This document shows, one piece after another, positions 15,360 to 29,600 of a DNA stretch of 64,000 bases (position 1 is the first letter of the stretch; each line of letters starts with the position of its first letter). Source of the stretch: Octopus sinensis (lineage: Eukaryota); NCBI RefSeq assembly GCF_006345805.1, contig NC_042997.1, positions 36,022,001 through 36,086,000 of the forward strand, read 5' to 3'. The notes below the pieces were generated by a model. That model made no database searches, was not told the DNA's origin, and saw only the letters and a program-made list of their open reading frames with translations. The position numbers and the translations under genes are program-made.

Positions 15360-16647
15360 CTAACAGGTATATTTGTATTGATGGATCGACAGATGTATTG
15401 AGAGAGGCCAAAAACAGAGGCCAGCAGCTACGTAAAATATATATGATGATGTTAAGGAATGAAAACAAGATTAGATCTTGTGCTACTATGCGGTAGTTGC
15501 TTAATAATAAATATAAAGGTGATACTTTGTAGACTGAGATATATATTTCTTACAAAATATGACATAGCAGCAGACATCAAACATCAGAAGTCTTTGATTA
15601 TTTTAATTTTTTCTATTTGAAAAGGTGAAATTTTACTCGAAATATTATAGTATCATTTAACCACCTATTTACATCATCTTTTCTCATTGTTTTAGTTATT
15701 CGCATCGTCTTCCATTGTTTGTTTAAATCTTATCCTGCATTTCTCAAAAGTATTCTCCATCATTTGACCCCATTGTATATAATAAAATACTTTAAGAGAA
15801 ATGCGTATTACCGATGGATGAAGAAGCTGTCAAAAAGTTTAGCTTAAACGCTTTCAGAAATAGCGTTCTTTCGAACATATGCCAATGATCTCATTCGCTT
15901 CCATTTAAAATTTCCTCGTATTTTCTCCGCAGGTTTAGCGTCAAGAACGTAAATTACACCATAAAATTTCCCTTCAACTTAATGCCAAATATCGTAACTA
16001 CTGAACTAGCTTAATTCAATATTAAATCACTATTACAGAAGCTTTCTCTTTTGCTGATGGTATGGAAACCGCTCTGAATTTGAAAACTCGAGACAACCAT
16101 GTAACTGTGACAAACAGTAGTCTTGCCCTGAAATACTGACCTCGTAATAATGATTGTAAATATACAATGGGACACTTCACCTCACAACTGGAGACCGTTA
16201 TCTAACGACTATCACGCGAAACGAACGTTACTCCCATCCACTCAACGCGATATACTTAACCACAAACCGAAATGCTTCTAAACCCAATGGACCGCTGAAA
16301 AATAATGCTTGAAATAGAAATTAATTTCTGTTGTGCAGACAATCCAGTCTTATCACACGAGACGCAGCTGGCAATAAGTATATATTTCTCTAAACATTTT
16401 CTTCCATTTGAAAAGACGAAACTTTTCCCTAAGTATGATAGGTTTATTAACCACTCATACAATGTAAAACAATAGGTACTTTCCATTTGTTTCTGTACAT
16501 TTATCTAACCTAAAATGCTTTACTAAAATCTTTATCTTCATTGCTTTAAATATTTATAAAACCATTTATTTCATAGTACTTATGGTGAGGTTTCAAGCAA
16601 AATCTGTTGCTACATATGTAAGCACCTACACCTACACGTGTGTGAGA

Positions 16648-16693
<46 letters not shown>

Positions 16694-17208
16694 AAATATA
16701 ATTGTGTGCTCATGTATAGGTATAGACATCTATATAACCTGTATAAGTAATAAAATTATTCATGAAAGCAGTATCTCAACACAAATTATTCTATTCGACT
16801 ATTGTTCTCTGGAAATATAATTGTCTTTAGTCAATACCATATGCACGTGCTTCTGTATATTTTTACACCAGTTTAGTCCAGGCATTACTTCACATTATTT
16901 GCCATGACAGTTTATTTAATTTTTTTTTTCATTCCACCTTAATCTTTCTGCGGCGCACTCACTATGTTTTTTGTAATATATATATTTGTTTTTCTAAAAT
17001 TATTTAACATAAACGTGAGCATGGCTAAATTGCAAATGTTTGCCTAAAAGACCCAAATCATATCCTGGATTATATACAAATTTACGTACTTTTATAATCT
17101 AATATTACAGTCGGATATGTGCAGAAATTTTAGAACAAATATAATTAATCTTGCGAAATGTAGGTAGTACACATTACGAGAAAGAGTATGCACATATGTA
17201 TGTATGTA

Positions 17209-17321
<113 letters not shown>

Positions 17322-17351
17322 TATATATGTATATATATATATAAATCGAAT

Positions 17352-18448
17352 TCCGGGAAATGAGCAGATATTCTAAACCCTCGTACAAATAACGAAAATA
17401 ATCGTAAATCGAAAAGCCAGGCATACCCATATCGCCACAATCTCGAACTAAATGGAACCTTTGTCGAGGTTCCCTTTAGTTCTAATCAGCGAGTCTCACT
17501 AAATGCATGGGTCATAGGCATAGATATAAACCGCAAATGTTTTCTTGCTTTTCATTTTTCAATACTATTCGTTATTGGTACGGGGGCTTAAAATGTGTGC
17601 TCTATCCTCTGATTTCATTCAATGCGTATTAGTGAAAATCTGTGGTTGTAGTTGTCTTCTCAGTGATGTTTTTAGCTTGCCGGTGCTGCCTGTAATACCC
17701 CTTATTATCAATTAATAATGTTTTACCTGATGGTAATTTTTAACGTATGCTATACCAATTGATATTATTGTTTAAAAATAATACCTTCATTTATGTTTTT
17801 ATAAATTATCATTCACTTCGATCACATTCTAAAATTTGCCGTGGCATTAAAAACGGTCATCACGCACATTTGTTGAGATGGGTAACCTCTATGACCCTTG
17901 AGGTTAGTGAGATGTGAACTAAGTGGAACCTTCACTAAGTTGGAAATCGTGACAATATAGCTACTTCTGACTTTTCAATTTACAATTGTTTTCGTTATTT
18001 GTACGGAGGCTTAGAATTTTTAATAATTTCCCTGACTTCTGTTAACGTGTATCAGTGAAAATTTGAAGTTGTAGTTGTGTTCTGACTGCTATTTTTAACA
18101 TGTGGTATCCTTGAAAAAAATGTTCTAAGCCTCTGTACAAATAACGAAACGAATTGTAAATCGATTTTGCGATCTAGTTATGTGTTTTATAAACATATAT
18201 TTTATTTGTTAGTTGTGTTTTGGTTTATGTCTATCATTGTTTGAATTGCATAATAGTTGTTTCATCCCTAATTTATATTTTATATATATATACTTACAAA
18301 TATGCGTATATTCAGGCAAACACTCTTGCATGAATGCATGCATACACACATACATACATACATTCATACACACGTCTCTCTGAATATATTCAGGTTTCTT
18401 TTCGTTAACTATACGGGGGCTTAGAATTTTGTTTGCTCATTCTCCGGA
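17352..18448. mobile_element. ~1.1-kb putative non-autonomous DNA element with terminal inverted repeats and five copies of an internal motif
   Basis: The motif ttcgttatttgtacggaggcttagaat occurs forward near 17568, 17990 and 18400 and inverted near 17370 and 18123. The outer copies extend into inverted ends (tccgggaaatgagca / tgctcattctccgga). Confidence 0.6.
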
Positions 18449-21400
18449 CAGACAGACATAGATACATGCTTGCAATCAGAGAGACAGTCAGACAGACATG
18501 CATGCATAAAGCTTATTTAGCTTTGGCATTTACAAAGGTAATTGACGATATTTTCTACGCAACCATTTCAGTTTCTCATTTGGCTACAAGAATACTTTGA
18601 AGAATGGGGAAACGTCTTGGACATCATATTTTGTTAGAATCTCGTAGGCATAATTAGTACAACAATTTTGCTTCCAAAACTAAAATTGTTATGATATATG
18701 TAGAAGCGATTAAAAGTAAAATGTTATACCTATGATTTGTAATCCATAAACACTGAGACATACCATGATGTTAGTGAATCTCGTCTGAAAAGTGAGTAAA
18801 TCTAGAATAGCCAAAGGCATAGAAGGTGTCTGCTACTAGTACTAAGACTTTTTATGGTGACACATTTATGGTTTCCAACGTAGTACAAAACGCGAATCTT
18901 CCTCAAATTAAGATCTTCCTTCTCTCGCTTTCTTTCTCTCTTTCCCTTTGTCTCCTCTATCTATCTTTATCTTTCTCTCTCTCTCACACTTACTCTCTCT
19001 CACTTACTTACTCTCTCTCACTTACTTACTCTCTCTCTCTCTCTCTCTGTTTCTCTCCATCTCACTCTTTTACTCAAGAATGCCTTCCTGTTACCATACT
19101 TCGTGAATGTGGCACAAACATGGAAACAAGCAAAATATGCCAAACATTATAGACGTGACGTGAGAGCACGCACTCATATATGAACTTCTTTGTATAGGTA
19201 AATGAACATACGAGTACGTATGTGTATATGCGTGTGCCTGTATACGTGATCGTCTGTGTTCATTTTCATATAATTTTAGTTGCAAATTGAAAATTTAGAA
19301 AATGTTTTCATTCCTTTCAACACTAAACGGAATGGGAATTATCTATTTCCATATCGTTGAATTTCAAATTGCTAATAAATAATTCTATATATACTAATAT
19401 TTACTGTATTATATGCGTGTTTACTTTATACAGTATCGAAACTCTTAGACTAGGTCCTCTCCTGAAAATTAAAAAAAAATTACAGTTGTCCGACATTTTG
19501 TCATATTATATTTATATAAAAACCACAAGAGAGTTTAAAATATACAGCAATAAATTAGAGAAATCATTTGCTCTTATGTTGTTTTTCATCGAAATTCATA
19601 GAATTTCAAATATCTTTTTTATTTATTTATTACGTTTAGTGTTTGCCAGTATAGATTGTCCTGAAGTTTTATTTACTTTCTTTTCTTTATTCACGTATTT
19701 TGTGATAGATTTACATTGTAGAAGAGCACCTTAAAATGAGGTATTAGATTTATATAACGAATATATTTTATAATGCTTCACCAAATATCTTTTAGTCAAT
19801 TTACTGAGAGATTTATTCAGTCATACAAATACATCCTCGTGAAAATCAGGATGAACATTGATATCATGAATCAACATTAATAAGATGACAATAGAAATAG
19901 CTGAAGTATTTTAATAAACAAAAATAGAGGATATATTTTCCACCTTTACGCTTGCGCAGTTCTTGGAAAGGTGCCACGTAAGAACTGATGTGTAATGTCG
20001 TGATTTTTTACTTGCAATATTTTAGGTACTTCACTTACTTGATTTGTAACCACAGCTCAAATCTACAACTTCTATTAAATATCATATGTAAACATGTTTA
20101 TCGTACACATCATATGCATCGTATAAATCTATTGTTTATAAATATAGTGCTTATAAGAATATTACAGAATTTGTAAAACGTCTGTAAAACAGTTTCAAGC
20201 ATATACGCAGAGATCAAAAGAAATTCATTTGTGTTTCTGCGTGCAGCAAGACAGAAAAAGCGAGACAAAAGGAGCGGGGATAATGTGGCAGTGTGTGGGT
20301 GTATGAAAAAGAACGAGTGAACGGTAGATAAATAATGTTTGTGTATGTGTGTATATACGTGTGAGTTTGTGAGTGAGTGCGTGTGTGTTACATATGTAAA
20401 AGATTGTAAAGTTACAGCATTGGTTTTATTGTTTCCGGTTAACTTTCCCACAGTTCTTTCTCATCATATTTCTGAGCTACTTCCATAGTTTCAGTCAGCT
20501 TTTACTCGTTATAATTTCTTCTAAAAAAAACATGCCGGAAACGCAAATATATTTTCCTTTAATATAAAAAGGTTCAAAGCCATATAGCATTCAGTCAGGA
20601 TTCTAGTAGTTATAGGCACCGATTACAGATAGTAATAAGGAAACATAAGAGTTATAAAATCTAACGTCCAGTTCAGTGTTGAATTAGTATAACTCATTTT
20701 TTATATAAAACACGTTCATAAGTAGGATAGCATAAAATCTTATAATAAAAACCACTAAACATACCGCACGATATATAATGTTCAGCTAAGACTCAAAATC
20801 TTCTCAGAAAGTATCCTATTTTTATAATGATATTTATAAGCGAATTTGTTTCCCCTCCCACAAAACATCAATCATTATTCACTGTAATCACCTCAAGATA
20901 ATATTTCTTGGTAGGTTTGTAATTGAATGTAAAATTTCCATTACTGTTCTAGATGCTATATTATAGGAAGTAATCATATGTTTGTAAATTTTCACTGCTA
21001 TTTTCCTCGCTGAGGTGTGTTATATATGTCAATATTAAAAACAGGACAGCCTGTAGTAAAAAAACAAAACAACAACATAACTTCTAGGTTTCCAAAATTG
21101 ATTTCCTAACGTAATAACTTAACACGAAAACAAATTTACAAAATAGTGATTCAAAACCACGTATCAGGGTAATATCTATTAAAGATTTAGGAGATAGTTG
21201 TTAAAGCAAAGATGAATAATCTTCCATAAGATATAGAAGTTTTACATCTATTTGGAAAAAAAAATATTGTAAATGTGTTAGTGTTTATTTAATACTCTTC
21301 ATTAATGATTCAAAACAAGTATTTATCATTTCATAATCTCCCCGGAAATAATAATTGGTTTAATCTAATTTAAGCCTTCGATTTGTATCTGCTTCAGACT

Positions 21401-21620
21401 TAAATAACCACTAGAAAGAAGCACCCAAAGGAACAAGATTGGATATTTAATTTACTATGAAAACAGGTTGCTGGAAATATTCTGCCAGAATAAAGTCATT
21501 GAAAATGTATTCAGTAGTATTACAAATAGCTACTATCAATAACGAAATAGAATTAAACTAATACAGGAATAACAAACAAAAATGTCTGATGTCTCTATGA
21601 AACCGTCAAATAAAAGATAT

Positions 21621-22086
<466 letters not shown>

Positions 22087-23699
22087 TCTTTTGTAACAAA
22101 ACTATGCGACCAAAAACTACCCCCCCCCACCAAATTTATTGAAACAATGAAGAATGCTAAAATAAATCTCAGATTAAAAGAACGAACGGAGACGATATGC
22201 AATTGCATTGCAAACATAGGTTCCTATATATGCTAGAATGTAAATGAATGGTGAAATATGTCCTCAGTGAGCAAAATGTTTTGACGTGGAATCATTCAGC
22301 AAATTGCTTCATCAGACAGAAGTCCGGGAATTATCAAATATTTTCGGAAAGATATTTGGAATTAGAAGACATATCAGCACAAATAATGAATTAATATAGA
22401 TAAGCTAGTGGAATTTGGAAATGTATCATGACACATTTATTTCAATCTTACGCGGAAACATCATGTTTCTCGGGTCCAATTTCTAAACCTAAGAAAAATA
22501 TACTGGAAAGTGCTTCCTCTATCCGATTAGGACACAGGCATGTGAAGAAACCATCAAATGTTTTTTGCCACTACACCTGTAGGCAGGTCTGCAATGATGA
22601 TTGATTACATAGACAGAAAAAATGGTTTTACTAGCCATACATTAGTTAGACGCCAAGATAAAATCCCAGCAAACTTCCTCAAACCATGCAGATGAGCTCT
22701 ATCATAACCCGTACGGCTCTTTATCAGAATATCTCTGCAAGTGTGTAGCCCCAACGCGAATTCAAGGAAGGTATAAGATGTTTTTCCCATAATGGAGGAC
22801 GCTGAGCGTATGATCAAAAGTATAGGCCTATCTCTCTGAACAGATATATCAACAAAGACATGGAACGAATAGCAACAAAAAATGTAATAGCATTCTTTTA
22901 AGAGAATTACAGGAAGAAATCTGCTTGACACAGCACTAGACACGCGACACGCTGTTAAAGCAGCTACTCAACAACTCAGATATAGGTGTGATTTATCGTC
23001 AGCTTTCTAATCCCTTTGAGTAAGGTAAGCATGGTAGCGTAGTCGTAACTTTTGTGATGTCAGCACAGTCGGAAATCATAGAATATGGTTACAAAACTTT
23101 TAAAAACAATGATGTTCAAATGACCTTCCTCTAGGGTGACCTAAAAGTGAGTAGTGTTCCACAGTGTACCGCTTTATGGCTGTTGCTACGAAAATTATCT
23201 CAATGCGATAGGTTAGCTTGTGGGAAAGCCTGAAAAAGTTAAAACTCCACTCCGTGTACGAAGGCAAGAACAATATGGAGTGGTGTCTATCTGGGAAGTT
23301 CTGTAAGGACTTGCATCAAAATTTGAGACTGAAAAAATCTAGAAGGGAGAGCCACTGCATAATGCCAAATATAACTACATTGACGTCAATACATACGACC
23401 AGAAACAGCAATATCTGCCGCTTCAAAGGCCTATAACTTCGGAAAAAGCGTAACAAACCTATATGTGTAGGTGTCTTGGAGTTAGGTGAAAACAAAACTG
23501 GATTACTTCCTGTCACGAATTCTAAATGAATCTAACTCGTGGTAGGAAATGCAGATTACGGCAGCAATATAAACTCTCCCATTCATAAATCAAACAAGAT
23601 GTCAAGTTATAAAAGTGTGGCAAAACTAACAGCGCTGCCCTAGCATTACCGCACGTCTCCATCTGAAGTTAGTAGAGGAGCAATTTAGCTAGATAGGAC

Positions 23700-23707
23700 A
23701 GACATAC

Positions 23708-23798
<91 letters not shown>
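23700..23798. repeat. (GATA)n array
   Basis: Direct reading. Confidence 0.95.
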
Positions 23799-23799
<1 letters not shown>

Positions 23800-23910
23800 G
23801 TTTCTTTATTGGCCACACAGGGCTGCACACAGATGGGACAAGTTACAAGGTAGAGCTTTTCTTTTGGGGGATGAAGAGAACAAAAAACAAAAGAAAAAAA
23901 AGGGGTGGCG
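23800..23910 (-). mobile_element. Probable extreme 3' end of a LINE (L1/Tx1-like) inserted in a GATA array
   Basis: The minus strand ends ...cttgtaacttgtcccatctgtgtgcagccctgtgtggccAATAAAGAAAc. GATA repeats resume on both sides. Confidence 0.4.
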
Positions 23911-24970
23911 TAGATAGATAGATAGATAGAAATCTAGATAGATAGATACATCTTTTGGAAGAGGAATATTTAAACATTCATGCAAAAGATAATATTATTA
24001 CTATTATTATTATTATCATCATCATAATCATCATCATCATCATCATCATCATTTTTTTATAAACTTATTTTACATTTCATATATTCCGTCATTCAAAATG
24101 CATATTTAGCTGATAGCTTGCAGCCGTATCATTTTAATCAGTATTTTTGCAAATGAGGTGTAACATAGAAAACATGACGTTCTATTTTGTATTTCCTATC
24201 TATTTTATCCAAACTTTTTTCGCGATTCTCCTCACTAGCAATGTGTTCGGTAAACTGTAATTCACTGTTTTCAGTAACATCATAAATAGTCTACCACTAT
24301 TAATAAAACAGGATGTTAGATATATCAACATATAGGTAGGAAGTAAAAACATAGGAAGTAAAAATTTATAATTTACTCATGGTAAAGACTTTTATGAAGA
24401 AAAACGATTTCTTTTTCTTCGTACACTGATATAAATAACAGCACTACATCATTCGCATTCACATATAGCATTTTAAAACTTTTTAACTGAAAAAATCGAA
24501 AGCACAGATGTTTAAAAATTAGCATGCATTCAGTAGACGTAAGAAGGCAGCATATCTGCTTTAAGGCCCAAAACATTTACAGAAATAGTCGAATTCCTTT
24601 CTAAAGATATATGAAGTTAGATATATTTTACAGTAGATAAAGAGGATTTTGGTCATTATATTGAATATTGTTGTCTATGCATAACAACAATAAGACACAT
24701 TTACGAAAAATGGGAAGTTCTTGATGTTTATGAGGTAATATGAATGATAATAAATTCGTAAAGCAATATGTAATATTTCAAATAATTTAGTGATACGAGA
24801 TATCTAATGATATGGTACTGATATTTTCCTTCGTACACACACGCACGCGCTTGCACAACTCTCTACATGTCTGTGCGCGTGTGTGCGCATGCATGTATGT
24901 ATGTATAGATGTGGAGAGACGGGGAGAGAGAGGGAGAGATAGAGAGATAGAAAAATTGATCGATAGATGT

Positions 24971-25026
<56 letters not shown>

Positions 25027-25789
25027 CATATAGACAGAATTCCGTATATTAACGTAACTCACTCCATTAAGGTAGCAATGTGGTAAGGCTTTAACTTGTA
25101 GAAGAGGACTCAATGAGATAAATAACATTGAATTACATTGTTGGCCTTAATACAGAAACTTAAAGAACCAAATTTCTTTCTAACATCGGGCCCTATGTTC
25201 ACAGGTCCAATAGATGTTTAATGAGTTCTCTTGAAAATTTATATCTCTTCAAAAAATATGAGAGTCTCCAACGACAATAAAGAGTTATTTTTCATTATGT
25301 TCGCATTTTCTATTAAAAACTTGTGCACGCAGATTTGACATTTTTATTGCAAACTTGATTATCTCCCCTGTTTTGTTCTTTCTGTCTTATTCCTTAGGAG
25401 CGTTACTTGTTCAAACGGCATCTGCTCAAAAGCACCTCTCAACCTCTCTTGTCTAAGTTATATAAATTAATATTTCGGCCAGGAAACCCGGGATAGCTGT
25501 ATTTCACAAGTGTGGTTTTTATTATAACATTATCTTACTTTGTTAGTTACTCAAATGCTAGTGTACTTGTTAAAGCCTTACCATATAATTCATTGTTACC
25601 TTACTGGAATTACAATCAGAAATTCTTCGTAAGGTTGGCGAAGTTTATCCTGTAGAGTCGACCGCTGTATGTTAAAAATAAACTGCGTCACAATGGATGT
25701 CTTTCATATGGATTACTCTGTGAAAGCAATTCCTACACTAGGTGAGTATGATCGTAGGAAAAAATGAAAATGTATTTGAACGCTAACGA

Positions 25790-26800
25790 TGGAAGACCTA
25801 ACAGTTTGACGGGGAATAACCACACTTAACAACATACATCCCAACATTCAATTCACTATGCAATTCTGCAAACATCATCTCCCTTTTCTTCATCTCCTAA
25901 TTATAAAAAACACCTAACAACTAAATCACAACCGACATCTACTTCAAACCTACAGATTCTCAACAATACCTCCTCTTCAGTTCATGCCACCCAAAATACA
26001 CCAAGATAAAAGGATTTGCACCATTCTCTCGGATCCAACAAATCGAGAAATACGCCTTCAAGACCTCAAAAAAAAAACAGTATTACAACGCCAATATCCC
26101 TCCACACTCATAGACTATGGAATAAAACGTGCCAAGGGACTCGACAATAATACACTGAAAACCACCCAATACAGTAACACACCCAACAGCAAAATACTTC
26201 CATACATATCCACCTACAACCCCCAAAACATAGAAGCATACACCACAATCATACAAACCCCCCATTACTGTCCACATAGCCAAAAATGAATAATATTATC
26301 AATACTCATAAAATCCTTAAATGCATAAGGCAACATAAATCATTGAAAAAACTCTTAACAAATGCCAAACTTCGGACACCATATCCACCCGCATCAGGTA
26401 AAAAATGTGCACGCCATAACTGTGGTACCTGCCTCTTCCTACTTGAAGGCTCTGAATTTACTTTCAAACAAGGAACAAAGTTTAAAATTAAGACCAACTT
26501 CTCTTGTTCCTCCGGGAACCTCATTTACGTTCTTACATGTGTCGGTTGCCAACACAATTATATCGGACAAACGAGCCTTCCTTTAGGCAGAGGAGTAGAA
26601 GTCCATAAAGAACAGATAAATCTCCCCCAATACCGTCAAATTCCACTCAGTAGCGACATAGACTCTTACGCTAGAAATAAAAAATCCCAAATTTCGTATA
26701 TTCCCATTCTATCAATGTAAAGGCAGAATCTCTACACAAGAAAGATTCAACAAGGACAATCATTTTATAGAACAATTCCAAACGTTTCTTAATATGCAAA
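25790..26800 (+). pseudogene. Decayed Penelope-like element: RT C-terminal/thumb region, CCHH-type linker and GIY-YIG endonuclease
   Basis: Frameshifted pieces read LNNIHPNIQFTM...LPFL, TDIYFKPTDSQQYLLFSSCHP, KRICTILSD, LPYISTYNP, CARHNCGTC and GNLIYVLTCVGCQHNYIGQT. They are collinear with the element at 58.9-60.4 kb. Confidence 0.9.
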
Positions 26801-29555
26801 CTCCACGCTAACCGTATTTCTTTTTCTAGCACCCTGTCTGACAAAAAACAGATGTAAGCATCCTGTTTGACAAAAAAAAAACAGCATTCCAATTAATGAG
26901 TATAACATCCACAGAATTGTCTCCCCTTATTCACAGGAATTGGATAACTCCTACCCTATTCCCTGTTTTGACACATAAACATCCAACCTTCTCAAACAAA
27001 ACACTACACTTTAACACATGCATGCTAATCCTCCCAAAAGTTTCTCTATGGACTAATATTGAACTCTAAAAGCATAAAGACACTACAGTGCATTGGTATA
27101 CTTATTTATTAATTTTTGTATATATTTATTATTTTTTGAAAAAACATTGAAAATTACTTTTTTCCTCTTCCTCAGTCTAAAAAGTAATTTTTCCCCTTCC
27201 AAATCTTGAAGATTTACATTGCAATGGAAGCCGCTGTGATTTCCTTTTTCATAGACCCATTTTTATTAAAATTTGCTTTCAGTTTAGCATTCTGCCTTAT
27301 TATTTTTCCTCTCCTATAATTTCTCCACGTGCAGTTAATACGACCACACCATTTACTGACTTATATATATATATATTAGTTTGGAGAGATACACTATCCG
27401 GCCGGTTATTGTGTTAGGTATCGGTAAATTTCCAGTTTACGGCTAACTACAACCATCAGTATCTAATGTCTATGGCTACGTTTAGCCGTGATTCACTCGG
27501 TAAGTTCTTCCGTTGGGTAATTCCGTGTTCTGTTTGCTGGTTAGTAAACATTATTAATAATAATAAATAATATGGATACTTGTACATGTACAAAATTTAT
27601 TTGATAGTTATATACAGCATATTATAATGACTTCCACGTGTTTCAGATGCAGGGACTACTAACTGCTGCAAATGCAACCTTGCAATATTGTCGGTGCAGC
27701 TTCATCGATGTCGGTTCAGTTGGTCATTCTCAAAATGAACTGATTGAAGTAAATTCTCGTTACTTAGTATACTATAGGTGGTGAGGATGTTGTTATCAAT
27801 AGGTATTTTTAGGTATTGATCTCACCTTTATCTCATCAGTCCATGTCCGAAGTTAGGGCTTGGTCTTAAAATGGGTTATGGTCGAAATTATTGTTTTTGA
27901 AAGGCTCTTTGTTCGAGCAGCAGCGAAAATATTGCAAGATTACATTTGCACTAATGAGTAATCGCTACAACGGAAATAGATGCAACATATTTTAATATGC
28001 CGTAAATAATTTAAAAATGCATAAAATGAATTTTGTAGAATTACAAGTCTACATACTCTGCAATAATAAAATATTATTCCCATTTAATACACATTCCATC
28101 ACCTGTTTCTTCATAAACGTCCTACAGTCATTTGACGTCACATAAACGTGCGTTTGATTCGTTCGGTAGCAGTACATAGTAATCCAATGTACATATCCCT
28201 ATGCAACTTTGTTCAAAGTTTTACTCATGCGGTTTGGAAGCGAACACAGGAATTCAGAATTAGGTAGTTTTATTTAAGTTATATTCATGGTGAGGGAATC
28301 ATACAGTCTTTATGTACACGATAGGAGAGCTTGTTTTGAAACAGGATATAGCTATAGGTTCTATTATCATTTACACTTAGAATGACCTTTATGAGTTTAA
28401 GAAAATATGTCTCAGATCATGATGCCTTCATAACACTGACCATCGTAAATGAAGATAGACTGATATGGTATAAGATAAATACATACAAATAGAATAATTT
28501 AAAGAAAACGAAAAGAAAGGAGAAATGAAAAATAAAGAGAAATGAGGTATATTGTGACATTCTTAAAAGCTAACTGAAGTAAATCTATGATTATATTGCC
28601 GGTGTATCTTATGTACACGTCTATCTATGTAATATCCTATTAAAAATCATATTTTGGAAGACAATGGTATATTATTTCTAAAAGAATTCGCGTATTTCAG
28701 AGCTAATTCGTTTCGGTGATCTAGTAACCTGTAATTAGGTGTAAGACTATGGCATATTCCTTCAAATAATAAATTACAATCTAAATTCCAAAGATTATAT
28801 GGTGAAGCCCTACTATGTTATATTTGGTGTTCACATACTTTGCAAACACGATGAACTCATTTAAACTTGTGGTTACGCAATCTAGGTTTAAAGTCTGAAG
28901 ATCATGACCCTATGTAATAATTGAAAATATTATAGGCCGTCACTGTAAATTTAGAAATTATGTTCGTATCTATGTAAGCTGTTTAATATCCAATGAAGCC
29001 GAGAGTTACTTATTGAGAGGAGTTGCTTGTAATTATTTATATTAAACACTATTATACGCTGCTATTCATTTGGCGTGGTTAGCCAGAACCTGGATCACAT
29101 CAGAGAACTAAAGACTTATCGGCTCGGATTCCAGTTCCCAATTCGTTTAGGATATTCTTTGTCGACACCTTGCGTGCCGCCTTGGACAATAGCGGCCTAT
29201 CGTCCGGCAGCTATCTTCGAATCATTTATCTCGCCATGCGGTTAGCTAAAGTCTAAAAGAGACGGGATCTGTTAGAGGTCTGCGAATCTTCAAGACGCAC
29301 GGAACCAAACCTTACTGGCTTATCTATGTATATATATATACAAACGCGCACACATGCACGCACACACACAAACACACATGCTATATTATATTATATACAT
29401 AAGTGTGTGCACAGGCTTCAGCTGTAAGAAAGTGCTTAGTACATTTTACATGCGTTATGTTGAGCCGAAGTACATTAAACGTTATATATATCAGGAAATT
29501 CAGTCTCTCAGCCGCCATCTCCAGTTTTTCTTTTTCCTATCCTGTCATCAATTAT

Positions 29556-29600
<45 letters not shown>

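Noticed and set aside
22540-23520. GC-richer stretch with short ORFs, faintly mariner-like (YDQKQQ...)
   Set aside because: Too degenerate to assign by eye.
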